From: Candidatus Woesearchaeota archaeon
GTDB lineage: Archaea; Nanobdellota; Nanobdellia; Woesearchaeales; JAFGLG01
Assembly (NCBI GenBank): GCA_016928155.1
Contig: JAFGLG010000002.1
Location: 80,412-144,411 of the forward strand
Reading direction: 5' to 3'
DNA: 64,000 nucleotides
The position numbers and the translations under genes are program-made. Position 1 is the stretch's first letter; every line of letters starts with the position of its first letter. The notes under the pieces are model-generated. The model did no database searches. It was not told the origin of the DNA and saw nothing but the letters and a program-made list of their open reading frames with translations. Of this stretch, positions 37,078 to 47,490 are shown piece after piece.

Positions 37078-38267
37078 GGACCCTTTGTCGCATAATAATC
37101 CTGCAAGATAATGGAATCCATCTCTTCCAGGTCCTTGACAATGTATAATCTGCCTTCGCCGAGCTGGGTTATCTCCTCAGCAAGCTTCTTCCCTTTCTTA
37201 TCAAGGCTGATGCCGATCAGCGAGATAGTGATACCATTGGCCCTGGCAAGAGAGACAGCTTCCAAGGTCACTCTATGCGGATCCTCCCCTATTGTAGGAA
37301 GGGCATCAGTTAAGAAGATAAGATGCTTTGTGCAGGTCTCAGAAGGGAAGAGCTCGACAGCCTTCCTTATTGTGGAGACAAGATCAGTCTCGCTTGCCGG
37401 TCTTATCGAGGTAATTGAATCCAAAATCTTGCCAAAATCATCAGTGGGCTGGACAAAATCCTTCACCTCCTTGCCAAAAACAATAAGACCTACCTTGTCG
37501 CCCTCATCAATGGCCTTGAAGGCGAGCGCAATCCCAGCCTTCTTGGCATGCTCAATCTTCCGGCCCTTCATGGAACCTGATGAGTCCAGGGCATAGATGA
37601 TATAAGAATGGCCTTTTGACTGGCGTTCATAGGATTTCATATCATCTTTCTCAAGCCGGGGATGGGATCTCCTTATAGCCTGCCTGATTGATGCCTTTAT
37701 TGCAATATCACGATAACGATCACCTTTATGATAAGACTTGATGGCATCCTTCTCACCATACAAATCCTTCTCCTTATTGTATCTCTCGCCGACAATGCCT
37801 TTCGGGATGAGATTCTCAATCTCCTCAATATACATGACAATGGAAGCAAGCTCCAGTGCTTTCCTTGTCAAGGAGTTATCCTTTGTTATGATCCCTTCCT
37901 TCTTGAGCCTCCTCAGGGACTCATTGATCCTCTGCTTCATCTCCTTCTGGAACTCCGGAAGCCGTATATTCCTCTCGACATAATCTGGGTCAAAGCCAGA
38001 AAGAATCCTCAGAATGCGCTTGCCATAAAGCTTCTCTGCATACTTGTAATTCGAGACAAGACCCTGCATCATGATATCAGGAGTGAAAGAAGAGATGTTG
38101 AAATTGATCGCATCAGAGACAAGCTTGCCATCATCAATCTTGTCCTTATCCCCCTCAAGAACAGAATGCATCAGCTTGTCCTCAATGAACTGTGTTGACA
38201 GTTTCCCCTGGATCTCATCAATAGGAGTCAGCTCAGCAACCTGCTTATCGCTGCTAAAGTGAATCAC
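37074..38267 (-). CDS. von Willebrand factor A (VWA) domain protein, partner of the upstream AAA+ ATPase
   Basis: MIDAS DSSGSM ... TDALPT; the track start at 38315 is TTG; a GTG at 38267 preceded by GGAGAGGA is the more likely start. Confidence 0.7.
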   Translation of the reverse strand: MIHFSSDKQVAELTPIDEIQGKLSTQFIEDKLMHSVLEGDKDKIDDGKLVSDAINFNISSFTPDIMMQGLVSNYKYAEKLYGKRILRILSGFDPDYVERNIRLPEFQKEMKQRINESLRRLKKEGIITKDNSLTRKALELASIVMYIEEIENLIPKGIVGERYNKEKDLYGEKDAIKSYHKGDRYRDIAIKASIRQAIRRSHPRLEKDDMKSYERQSKGHSYIIYALDSSGSMKGRKIEHAKKAGIALAFKAIDEGDKVGLIVFGKEVKDFVQPTDDFGKILDSITSIRPASETDLVSTIRKAVELFPSETCTKHLIFLTDALPTIGEDPHRVTLEAVSLARANGITISLIGISLDKKGKKLAEEITQLGEGRLYIVKDLEEMDSIILQDYYATKGP

Positions 38268-39303
38268 CTTGATCCTCTCCTCTGGAGAATTTATTAGAAT
38301 CAAAGAACTTGGCAAACTCCTCCTGTATGAACTGGCGATTCTCTTTCAGATACCTTATGGACGGCTTGAGCTTGATCCTGTGCGAGATGACAGAGAGGAT
38401 AGCCTCCTGCACATCAGCAAAAGCAACCTCATCCCTGCCGGAGATCAGGGCATTGGATTGGGCGCGCTCGTAGAGACCTATTGATGCTCTTACGCTCGGA
38501 AAACGCTCAAGATTCGGGCTTTCCCTCAGATCCCTCACAAAACCTATGGCCTTGTCCAAGATAGGTTCTGGAAATTTCACAAGAGGCTCAGAGTTGCATT
38601 TCACAATATCCTTCTCCACCTTCAATGATTCGGGATAGGACATGTAAACAACATCAAACCTGTCCATGAGGACAGTGGAAAGCCTCTCAGTGCCGGAGAA
38701 ATCCTCAGGGTTCATGGTAGCAATAAAGATGAAATTGGCAGGGATGTCAATATCATAGCTGCCGATAGTTGCATAACCCTCCTGCAAGACCTGGAGCAGG
38801 GCATTCTGGAGCTTCTCAGGGCAACGGTTCAGCTCATCAAAGAAAAGGATTCCATTATTCGCGCGAAATATCTTGCCTGGAGTGAAAGCCTCGATGCTGA
38901 GAGGCCCGAACTTCAATGCCTTGATGGGATCAATATCACCCAGTATATCCTCAACAGTAAGGTCTGGAGAACCCTGAATCCTGACAAAACGATCCTCCCC
39001 TGAAATCCTCTTTGTCTTAGGCTTCTTGTTCCTGCACTCAGGGCATAATGGTGATCCGGGATCACAATGATAAGAGCAGTCATTCACTTCTATCTCTGGA
39101 AGAAGCTTGGCGACACCCTTTGCCAATGTGGTCTTGCCTATGCCAGGAGGACCGGCAATGATAAGATGCCTTCCGACTAACAGTGCAGACGCCAATTCCT
39201 TCTTTGTCCTCGCCTGGCCCTTGACATCAGGGAAAGGATCAGAGACAAGCAAATTATCCTTGAGTTTTTCCATAATCACCACAAAGGCGCGCTGATTCTG
39301 CAA
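38254..39303 (-). CDS. MoxR/ChlI-like AAA+ ATPase with an inserted Cys4 zinc-ribbon
   Basis: Walker A GPPGIGKTTLAK; insert CSYHCDPGSPLCPECRNKK; Walker B FFDELNR; sensor regions. Confidence 0.85.
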   Translation of the reverse strand: MQNQRAFVVIMEKLKDNLLVSDPFPDVKGQARTKKELASALLVGRHLIIAGPPGIGKTTLAKGVAKLLPEIEVNDCSYHCDPGSPLCPECRNKKPKTKRISGEDRFVRIQGSPDLTVEDILGDIDPIKALKFGPLSIEAFTPGKIFRANNGILFFDELNRCPEKLQNALLQVLQEGYATIGSYDIDIPANFIFIATMNPEDFSGTERLSTVLMDRFDVVYMSYPESLKVEKDIVKCNSEPLVKFPEPILDKAIGFVRDLRESPNLERFPSVRASIGLYERAQSNALISGRDEVAFADVQEAILSVISHRIKLKPSIRYLKENRQFIQEEFAKFFDSNKFSRGEDQGDSL

Positions 39304-39364
39304 TTTAAATAGGTTTTGGAAAAAATCAGGGCGCGTAGACGTCGGAGTTTAAATATTTTTTGGG

Positions 39365-39898
39365 TCAGAAGAGAATGCGTATGAGCAGTATGACAAGGCC
39401 GGCAGCCATCGGAATAGTGAGGTTGTCATCAAGGATCACCTTGAACCTTCTTGATTCAACAGCCTCTATCAGCATACCGACAATGGAAGCGAACAGGGCT
39501 TCGGGAACAGAGACAAAAAGCAATGCAACAATAAAGGCAGCTGCACCGCCCGCTATATTACCCTCTGCAAATTTCTTCCTAGAGAGGGGATGCTGGACTC
39601 TGCCGAAGGCAATGCCATAAAGAGCTGAGACTGAATCACCGAATGTAAGAACAGCAATCGATGCAAGCGCTATGTCCTTTGGAAAAATGATGATTGCCAA
39701 GATGGTGCCGAACAGGAACATCAAGGCGCCCCTTCCGGGAAAGACCTTAAGATGCTCTTCTTTCTCAAAGATATCCAACAGATAGGATATAAGAGGAACC
39801 CTTGAAAACCTGCACCAGACAGAAAGGAAAATGCCTGCGATGAGAAGAGCCATCAACTGCAGCAAGGAGACCATATCAGCCCATATCAGGAATAGCAT
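39365..39898 (-). CDS. CDP-archaeol synthase-like (CarS/DUF46) or dolichol-kinase-like polytopic membrane protein
   Basis: About 5 TM helices and 177 aa from an internal Met (the track ORF overlaps the PAP2 gene by 91 nt); family assignment by size and topology only. Confidence 0.4.
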   Translation of the reverse strand: MLFLIWADMVSLLQLMALLIAGIFLSVWCRFSRVPLISYLLDIFEKEEHLKVFPGRGALMFLFGTILAIIIFPKDIALASIAVLTFGDSVSALYGIAFGRVQHPLSRKKFAEGNIAGGAAAFIVALLFVSVPEALFASIVGMLIEAVESRRFKVILDDNLTIPMAAGLVILLIRILF

Positions 39899-39957
39899 CA
39901 CAGAGCCAAAGACAATATGAAAAATTTTCCTCCTGAAATGAAATTCAAACTGCCTGT

Positions 39958-40545
39958 TCAAATGCGCCACCCCTTCTTCATAGACACAATTATGAAATGG
40001 CCGAAGAGATACCCTAACACAGACCCGCCGACAATATCTGAAAACCAATGGACCCCAAGATACAGCCTGCTCAGAAGAACAATCGAGACAAACACAATCC
40101 AGAATATCCTTATCTTAGGGAACTCCTTCTCAAGGAAAGGCAGGACTGCAAAACACATGGCAGCATGGGCGCTGGGAAAGGCAAAATCAGGAAAACCAAA
40201 ATGATACATTGGGAAGGGTCTTGGACGCTGGATCAGGAACTTCAGGACATAGCTTGAAAACATCGCAAGCGCGAAGCTGACCCACATGGGGAGTATATAC
40301 CTTGTCTTGCGCTCCTCATACATGAAAAGCGAAGAGAGGACAAGAAGAACAAGGATTATTGTTATCATCGAGCTGAACCATGAAAAGAAGATATCCAGAT
40401 AATGATACTTCACAGCCGAGAAAAAGCTGTGGATCATGCTGTCCAGCAGGAAAGACATGCCCAGCACAAGAAGCAATGCTATCACCAGGCATGGCCTACA
40501 GTCCCATACACTGTCTTTTGTCTTCATCCATCCCACATCATTCAT
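39958..40545 (-). CDS. PAP2-family phosphatidic acid / undecaprenyl-diphosphate phosphatase
   Basis: KFLIQRPRP, PSAHAA, SRLYLGVHWFSDIV - the three PAP2 signature motifs. Confidence 0.85.
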   Translation of the reverse strand: MNDVGWMKTKDSVWDCRPCLVIALLLVLGMSFLLDSMIHSFFSAVKYHYLDIFFSWFSSMITIILVLLVLSSLFMYEERKTRYILPMWVSFALAMFSSYVLKFLIQRPRPFPMYHFGFPDFAFPSAHAAMCFAVLPFLEKEFPKIRIFWIVFVSIVLLSRLYLGVHWFSDIVGGSVLGYLFGHFIIVSMKKGWRI

Positions 40546-40552
40546 ATCGATT

Positions 40553-41032
40553 TCACAAAAATTTCACAAAAATGCTGAATGCCTGGCTCCCGGTCATCAC
40601 GATCAGAGTTACAAGGATGCCTGCTATCAGCACACCAATAATATTTGCAATGATGAACTTCCTGTAACCCAGACCAAGAATGTAAGAGCCCAGAGCACCC
40701 GAATATGTCCCAGAGCCAGGCAAAGGGACTGCGATGAACAGAGCGACACCCAGCCAGCCGAACCTCTCCATGAACTTATGTATCCTCCTCTGGGTCCTCT
40801 CCACTGACTTATGCCAGCACTTCTCGATCCACCTTATCTTCAAAAAAACATGAATTATCCTATCAAGGAAAAAATAGACAATAGGCCCGAGCAGGATATT
40901 CGAAAGCACGCAGACAATGAACACAACCTGCCAGGCCAGGTCAGTCGCGAGCATACCATAAGGGATAGATGCCCTCAGCTCCAGAAAAGGGAGCAAAGTC
41001 AAGCCAATGAGGATAAGAATCTCATACATCAT
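40553..41032 (-). CDS. small membrane protein resembling the putative small multidrug export family
   Basis: LELRASIPYG ... AVPLPGSGTYSG pattern; 4 TM helices. Confidence 0.5.
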   Translation of the reverse strand: MMYEILILIGLTLLPFLELRASIPYGMLATDLAWQVVFIVCVLSNILLGPIVYFFLDRIIHVFLKIRWIEKCWHKSVERTQRRIHKFMERFGWLGVALFIAVPLPGSGTYSGALGSYILGLGYRKFIIANIIGVLIAGILVTLIVMTGSQAFSIFVKFL

Positions 41033-41793
41033 TTTCTGTCCCTGTAAAGCTTCCTGACATGCTCAAGCTGCTCCTTGCTTCCGATGTCAAACCACCTGCC
41101 CCTGAAACTGTATCCATATACTGGCTTCTTTGATGACAGGTACCTGACAAAATCACCTGTGTTGTCAGGCTTCTTGTGCTCGGCAATGCACCTCTCCAGC
41201 TCGGCCATATCATCCTTTGAGAACATATAGCAGGCAGTCGATGCCAGAGATGATTTCGGATTATCCGGCTTCTCCTCGAAACCGATTATCCTCTGGTCCT
41301 TGTCCAATTCCACGACACCCAGCTTCCTGGCAAGCAATGACCTGTCCTGCATGTCATAAACTGCAATGACTGATGCCTGCTTCTTAATGAAGAATGAATG
41401 CATGTCAGCAAGAGAGAAATCAAAGAGATTGTCACCTGCAATGACCAATGCATCATCATCGATAGCCTCCTTCTTGATCACAAAATCCATGTCGCCGATG
41501 GCTCCGAGGCGGTCCTCATTGCATGTGGTGCCATCATCAATGATCGCCAGCTCTATGGGGCAATCAAAACCACTGTTCCATGCATCGAAATGCGGGAAGA
41601 ACTTGGAGTTCGTGACTATTATTATCTTCTCGATGATCCTCCCAGCCTGGTTCATCTCGACAATCCTCTCGATGATATGCTCCACCATCAGCTTTTCCCC
41701 GACGTCAAGCAGGGGCTTAGGAGTATCAAGAGTCAATGGATAGAGCCTCGTGGCGTATCCGGCGCCAAGTATGATCGCTTTCAACATCATCAC
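41029..41793 (-). CDS. sugar-phosphate nucleotidyltransferase
   Basis: N-terminal ILGAGYATRLYPLT (G-x-G-T-R-L signature); NTP_transferase fold. Confidence 0.8.
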   Translation of the reverse strand: MMMLKAIILGAGYATRLYPLTLDTPKPLLDVGEKLMVEHIIERIVEMNQAGRIIEKIIIVTNSKFFPHFDAWNSGFDCPIELAIIDDGTTCNEDRLGAIGDMDFVIKKEAIDDDALVIAGDNLFDFSLADMHSFFIKKQASVIAVYDMQDRSLLARKLGVVELDKDQRIIGFEEKPDNPKSSLASTACYMFSKDDMAELERCIAEHKKPDNTGDFVRYLSSKKPVYGYSFRGRWFDIGSKEQLEHVRKLYRDRK

Positions 41794-43142
41794 CCGTGTT
41801 CCTGCACTGAAATCCTCTTTGTCCTTTCAGTGACATATGAATTCTTTATCGTATTCCTTATCAGAGAGCCCGGTGTTATGAACTCCCGCTCGACAAGAGC
41901 ACAGACCCTGCCTTTATCCACAAAGGTCTCCTTGTGCTTCTTCATGAAAAGATCAGCATTCTTCTCGGCATTGAGCGGAGGACCGAGCCAGGTCTTCTTC
42001 CTGGCAAGAGGATCCCTGTCAAACACAAAAAAAGCAACAGCCGGATCATCCTTCCACTGCCAGCTGAAATCCAACAGCCTGAAATCATTCAGCTTCAGCA
42101 CAGTCTTCAGGAAATCCAAGGATTTCAGCATCTTCGACCCGACCACATCATCCTTCCCATCCAGCGGCCATATCCTGAGCTCGATTATCTTCCTGCCCTT
42201 GTGCTTCCTGACAAAATCAGCATGGTTCAATACCTTCTTCTGGAAGAAATCCTGCGATGGAGCATCCAGGAAGGACGCAGCCGCCTGCCTGAACCTCATG
42301 AACCTCTCATCAGAAAGAGAGGCTGCCGCATTCCTCTCAGGCATTATTGGATCGACGACAATTATAGGGGACTGTGTCTTGGATGAATTCATCCTCTTGC
42401 CCGCATCACCTGCCTTATAATGATGCTCCACATCTATCACATCACCTTTCTTCCATGACTGTGAAGCCTTAAGCAGAGCGATGAAGCCACCGTAATTCAT
42501 TGTCAGAATGTCGAGTACATGACCAGAGAAACCCTTTATGTAAGACTCTGCGCCATAAAGGTCCTGGGCCTTGCAGAATATCTTGGAAAGAAGCATCTCA
42601 TCTGTCAGCCCAGGGTCTTTCCTGACCCTAGACATCACCCAATCCACATGCAAAGGGCTCATATCAGTTACATTCACGGCCTGCTTTGAATCCTTGACAT
42701 CCAGCACAGGGATTATCTCATACTTGACGCCCTTGTGCATTATGCGGTAATAATCACGGGAGCCGTGCACTTCCTCGAACCTGAAGGATTTCACAAGGTC
42801 AAAAAGAGTCTTGGAAAGATTATAATTCTTCATAGACAGGTCAAATGCAACAAAGATATCGCAGTCAAAATCCCCTTTGATGGTTGTGCCCTTGGCTGCA
42901 CTGCCTCCGAGAATAACCTTTGCCTTAATCCTGGACTTGGCGATGTTCTGCTCAATCCTTGAGATGACTTCCTTTATCTTGCCATCCAGCAGCATCTTCT
43001 CTTTCTTCGGCAAGGAATGCTTTGCTATGGCCTCTGCAAGGATCTTATCCAACTCATCTGAACAAGACCCATAGCGGGTATCTGACCTGGGTCTAGGCAT
43101 ATTGTTAGGGATATGTTTAGGCATATATCCTGATAATTCCAT
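41790..43142 (-). CDS. cca: archaeal class-I CCA-adding tRNA nucleotidyltransferase
   Basis: GGSAAKGTTIKGDFDCDIFV, DMSPLHVDWV, YGAESYIKGFSGHVLDIL, VVDPIMPERNAAASLS align with the A. fulgidus CCA enzyme. Confidence 0.85.
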   Translation of the reverse strand: MELSGYMPKHIPNNMPRPRSDTRYGSCSDELDKILAEAIAKHSLPKKEKMLLDGKIKEVISRIEQNIAKSRIKAKVILGGSAAKGTTIKGDFDCDIFVAFDLSMKNYNLSKTLFDLVKSFRFEEVHGSRDYYRIMHKGVKYEIIPVLDVKDSKQAVNVTDMSPLHVDWVMSRVRKDPGLTDEMLLSKIFCKAQDLYGAESYIKGFSGHVLDILTMNYGGFIALLKASQSWKKGDVIDVEHHYKAGDAGKRMNSSKTQSPIIVVDPIMPERNAAASLSDERFMRFRQAAASFLDAPSQDFFQKKVLNHADFVRKHKGRKIIELRIWPLDGKDDVVGSKMLKSLDFLKTVLKLNDFRLLDFSWQWKDDPAVAFFVFDRDPLARKKTWLGPPLNAEKNADLFMKKHKETFVDKGRVCALVEREFITPGSLIRNTIKNSYVTERTKRISVQEHG

Positions 43143-43290
43143 ATTTCTTTAAATATTTAGGGATTTAGGATTGTATTTTAATTTTTTTAATATGTTTATT
43201 AAAATTAGATTTATATTTCCAATATATTGTAAAAAATCGGGTGAGAAATCCAAAATATTTAAAAAAGAATATCCAATAAATCAATGGAAG

Positions 43291-43773
43291 ATGCTGTCAA
43301 ATTTTTTGAAGAAACTGATGTTCGCGAGGCAGTTCGAGATGAACGAGGGCAAGATAGAGATACTCGGCATCAGGCAGAACATGTTCAGCACAGAATTCTT
43401 CGTCAACCTCCAGGAAAACCATGCAAAAGAGATAAGCAAGGCAATCATGGACAGCACAAGGAATGAGATGAGGATATACGCGAAGCAGCTTGACGTCGAC
43501 AAGAAGAGCATCATAAAATATGTCCCTGAGCTCTTCAACCTGTTCGGCCTCGGCAAGATAGAGATAGTGGATGCAGATTTCGCAAAGAAAAAGGCCATAA
43601 TCAAGGTGCACGAGAGCCCGCTTGTCCAGAGCTACAAGAAGATAAAGGAATGCGTCGTGACCGGATCAGTGCTTGCCGGGATGATGGGATTCTGCTTTGA
43701 CAAGGATCTTGAATATGAGGAAAAGAACTGCATGTCAAAAGGGGATACGTCCTGCCAGTTCATACTCAAATGA
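43291..43773 (+). CDS. V4R-domain protein (putative small-molecule/hydrocarbon-binding domain)
   Basis: C-terminal CVVTGSVLAGMMGFC...C..C pattern typical of V4R; start taken at internal Met (the track ORF has a low-complexity leader). Confidence 0.5.
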   Translation: MLSNFLKKLMFARQFEMNEGKIEILGIRQNMFSTEFFVNLQENHAKEISKAIMDSTRNEMRIYAKQLDVDKKSIIKYVPELFNLFGLGKIEIVDADFAKKKAIIKVHESPLVQSYKKIKECVVTGSVLAGMMGFCFDKDLEYEEKNCMSKGDTSCQFILK

Positions 43774-43898
43774 TAAGGAATTAGGTTTTATAATGAACTA
43801 TTAGGTTTGATAAGTGTCTGTTAGTCTTCTGGGGCAATACTTTATAAATGAAAACAAAGTATTTATAAATGAGTAAATGCTACAATCACCACTAGATA

Positions 43899-45407
43899 GT
43901 GGTTTTATCTATCTATGATCAGGATGGGATTGGAATGGAATTTGACATATACAGGATTGAAGAGGGTATGCTGACAGCGCAAAATGCCTGGATAAAAGCC
44001 CTCGAGAGAATCAACAGGAAAAGAAGGGATAAGGATGCGATCAGGCCAATCAGCGAATGGCTGTTCAGCCTCGGCCCGGATGCACATTATGAAAGAGTCA
44101 GTGTCCTGGACGAAAGGGGAGCATCAGCAAGGGTCTTCAGATCAAGGCTGGTGAACGGGACAGAATCACTGGAACAGATACAATTTGTCGAGAAACTATA
44201 TACTTTCAACAAACTCAGGGAAATGGAAAGCCACTGGAAAAAATCCTTTGAGATGATCACCACACTTGATGACACCATCCAGAGCCTTGAAGGAGCGCAA
44301 GACCACGACTCAATAATAGAACTTGTCAGGAAAAAATACCAGCGGAGAGAACAGGCCCGCGAGAGGCAGGCGACAGAGAAAGACTTCAATTTTCTGTGGA
44401 ACTTATTTGTCCAGCAGCTTGGAGTCTTCCTGGGCACCTCAGTCGACCTCGGACTAAAGGGTATTGCAGTCCCTGCAGAGACATATGCCATAAATGGAGA
44501 AACTCTCTCTGTGTACCAGAACATGTACAGCACGACATTCCAGGACTACATCGGCAGAATGGAGGATGACATGCAAGGCCTGACCCTCAAGCAATGGCTG
44601 AGGATGAAAGAGACAAGACAGACAGGAGACTACCAACTCATGCCGGTAAGAGGGGAACTTGATATGGACCCTTCGAGCGAGAGGGTATATGAAATCGCAC
44701 TGCTGACCCTGGGTGCAGCAGAGCTTGTAGCAGCAAGAGTCAGGGCAGGATGGAAAGACAGGGACTGGAAACTCCTGAACACGGTACTAATACCACAGCA
44801 TACTGGAGACAGATGGGAATACAGGATAGCACTGATAGACCAGGCATCATGGAGCCCTTACGGTGAACTCTACTCAATGCTCACACCATCGGAGAAGTGC
44901 CTGATATACCCATCCGAGAGCCCGGATGTGGTGGAGATGACGATAAGAGCAGCACCTACAAGAAGAATCCTCGGAGCTGTCGGAACATTCTGGCATAACT
45001 GGGAACTGCCTAGGATCATGACTGAACACCTAAAGGACTGGCAAGAAAAGACAGGATACCACAGATGGACATTCGCGACTGAGCTTGATGATCCGCAGAT
45101 GCTGGCAAGCGAATTCCTCAGTATGCTCGGGCTGTATGAGGACATTTTCCAGCAGAACCCTGTGCTTCAGGCAAAGGAATACTGCACAAGGAGGGCCCAA
45201 TTCATCATAGGGGAATATGCACTGGATGTACCTGAACCACTCCAGCCATTAATACCCCTCTTCAGGAAAGCCATCCTTGGCAGGCATGACTACACTGCAG
45301 AGAAATTCCTTGCAGATATAAAGGACGCCTGCAACAAGATACTGCCAGACGGCATAAATGATGACAACTACTCATTCAGGGACGGAGTGCTCAGATATAA
45401 CAAGTGA
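43899..45407 (+). CDS. hypothetical protein (about 500 aa), W/R/Q-rich, no recognised domain
   Basis: Long ORF with coding-like composition; the true start may be the internal Met at 43935. Confidence 0.5.
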   Translation: MVLSIYDQDGIGMEFDIYRIEEGMLTAQNAWIKALERINRKRRDKDAIRPISEWLFSLGPDAHYERVSVLDERGASARVFRSRLVNGTESLEQIQFVEKLYTFNKLREMESHWKKSFEMITTLDDTIQSLEGAQDHDSIIELVRKKYQRREQARERQATEKDFNFLWNLFVQQLGVFLGTSVDLGLKGIAVPAETYAINGETLSVYQNMYSTTFQDYIGRMEDDMQGLTLKQWLRMKETRQTGDYQLMPVRGELDMDPSSERVYEIALLTLGAAELVAARVRAGWKDRDWKLLNTVLIPQHTGDRWEYRIALIDQASWSPYGELYSMLTPSEKCLIYPSESPDVVEMTIRAAPTRRILGAVGTFWHNWELPRIMTEHLKDWQEKTGYHRWTFATELDDPQMLASEFLSMLGLYEDIFQQNPVLQAKEYCTRRAQFIIGEYALDVPEPLQPLIPLFRKAILGRHDYTAEKFLADIKDACNKILPDGINDDNYSFRDGVLRYNK

Positions 45408-45429
45408 TCTTCCCAGATATATCAAATTA

Positions 45430-46722
45430 TCATCTTGCAGATCTCTTCTGACTAACCAAAGTCTTCACAGATTTCACAGGCTTCATAGTCTTCACAGGCT
45501 TTGCCGGCTTCTTGGGCTCAACCTTGAGTATCACCTCAGCAGGATGAGGGGCAGTCCTGATGAAGAACTTGGAGAATCTCGATACAACAGTCGAGAGAAT
45601 CACACTGTAGATCATGAAAAAAAGAGTGAGGTCAAGTATCTTAGAGATGCCCATGATATTGAAAGCGGCAAGAGAGAAGATGACAGTCGCCACTGCAATG
45701 CCTTTAGGCATATTAAGAGTCATGAACCAGATCTCCCTCAACTTCAGATCCTTCCTGAAAACCAAAATGACTGTGAAATACCTTATCATGATATACAATA
45801 CAAAGAGTATCAGGCTCTTGACATAGAAGACCCAGTTCAATGGTACCTTCACAACAAGACCGACAAGAACAAAAACCAAAATCTCAAGCGACATAGTGAA
45901 TATAGATGAGTATTTCTGGACCTCTGCTTTCTTGAATATGGTGCTTGAACCGAAGAAAAGGCCCAGAGTCGTCACAGCCAAGACCCCGTTGCCGCCGAGA
46001 TTCTCAGCAAGGACATAAGAGAGCATTGCAGTCACAAAAAGAGCGAAAGGGCTGAGAACAGGGCTGTAGAACCTGCTCATGATCCTGAAGACGACAACAC
46101 CAATCAGGATACCGGCACCGATCCCTGATACAAACTGCTGAAGGAAAGGAGCCAGCTGCATCACAACCTGACTCAGCTCAAGCTTCCCCGGAGTTGTCAT
46201 CATCACATCTATGATTATGAAAGGCAGGATCACAGTGAACGGTGTGTTGATGAGGGATTCAAGCTGGAGAATCTTGACAATCCTGTTATCCTCACCCTTG
46301 AACATGGTTATGATGACGTCTGCAGCAGTGGCGCCCATAATCGCTGAGAAAATCATGCAGACAGCCACAGAACCTATGTTGAAGGTTATATACGTGAAGA
46401 AGCTCAAGAAAATGAGATTGAACAGGATGAAAAATATGACCAGCTTTATGACCTTGACAGAAAGGGTGTCGAACTCCTTCCACTTGAACTCGCTGGCCCC
46501 CTCGAACACTATGAGGACAAGAGCAAGGATACCTATGCTCGAGAGGAAAACAGGCGGGAACTCCACCAGAGGCTTGCCGCCGACATGGATATTCCTCAGG
46601 ATCATCCCAACCAATATGAGGAAAAGCACATTCGTCATGCGGACCTTCTCGCTGAAGATCGTGAAAACAAGACCTATGAGCAGCACAACCGCCAACTGGG
46701 TAATTATCAGCATCGGGTCCAT
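45430..46722 (-). CDS. monovalent cation:proton antiporter (CPA/NhaP-like)
   Basis: 11-12 TM helices over 430 aa; Lys/Pro-rich C-terminal tail. Confidence 0.6.
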   Translation of the reverse strand: MDPMLIITQLAVVLLIGLVFTIFSEKVRMTNVLFLILVGMILRNIHVGGKPLVEFPPVFLSSIGILALVLIVFEGASEFKWKEFDTLSVKVIKLVIFFILFNLIFLSFFTYITFNIGSVAVCMIFSAIMGATAADVIITMFKGEDNRIVKILQLESLINTPFTVILPFIIIDVMMTTPGKLELSQVVMQLAPFLQQFVSGIGAGILIGVVVFRIMSRFYSPVLSPFALFVTAMLSYVLAENLGGNGVLAVTTLGLFFGSSTIFKKAEVQKYSSIFTMSLEILVFVLVGLVVKVPLNWVFYVKSLILFVLYIMIRYFTVILVFRKDLKLREIWFMTLNMPKGIAVATVIFSLAAFNIMGISKILDLTLFFMIYSVILSTVVSRFSKFFIRTAPHPAEVILKVEPKKPAKPVKTMKPVKSVKTLVSQKRSAR

Positions 46723-46746
46723 TCCATATCACATCAGTCAAGCGGA

Positions 46747-47490
46747 TCAGTATTCAAATCCGCTAATATGCATCCCTCTTCTCCCGAAATGCATCATCTG
46801 CAATCCAGGCTCAATATTGGTTTTCCTCATCTTCCTGACCTGCAAGGTCCGATAGACAGTCTTCCCCATCTCCATCATCTTCAGCTGCAATACACTGTCA
46901 CACGCGAATTCAGAGACACTGTCCCTGGTCAGATACCTGGTCCCGGGCGCAGAATCAGAGATGAACAAGCATGTCGCACCAAGGCCCATGATCCTTGAGA
47001 TCAGGATGTAAATAAACTGCTGCATCTCGAACTCCCCGCCCAGCGAACTCGGCTGAAGCTCATGGATCTCCCACTTTGTCCTTGTCCTCACCTTGACAGG
47101 AAGCTTGTACATCGATGCATTGATGGCCATGATGGAAAGGGAATCAATGACAATGCGCTTCGCCTTGACCTTCCTGGAAGCGCTCCTGATTGCACTGAAG
47201 ATGTCAAAATTTGACATGTCAACGGGTATCTTCAGAAAATTTATCCTGCTGTTGAACCTGTTGAAATCCATGCCGAACTGCCTCGCCTGCTGCTTCAGAT
47301 TGATCGGTTTTTCCTCGATCGTCACATACAGTCCGTTCTCGCCATTCATGGCACCCTGATAAAGGAACTGGAGACCGAAGATGCTCTTGCCTGTACCAGG
47401 ACCGCCGCAAACCAGCACTGAGCTCCTGCAGGGTATGCCTCCCTGGATGAGCTTATCAAGACCCAGGATGCCTGACTTAATCCTATTCAT
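46747..47490 (-). CDS. KaiC/RadA-like RecA-superfamily ATPase (single-domain KaiC-like)
   Basis: GLDKLIQGGIP, Walker A GGPGTGKS, Walker B RIVIDSLS. Confidence 0.8.
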   Translation of the reverse strand: MNRIKSGILGLDKLIQGGIPCRSSVLVCGGPGTGKSIFGLQFLYQGAMNGENGLYVTIEEKPINLKQQARQFGMDFNRFNSRINFLKIPVDMSNFDIFSAIRSASRKVKAKRIVIDSLSIMAINASMYKLPVKVRTRTKWEIHELQPSSLGGEFEMQQFIYILISRIMGLGATCLFISDSAPGTRYLTRDSVSEFACDSVLQLKMMEMGKTVYRTLQVRKMRKTNIEPGLQMMHFGRRGMHISGFEY

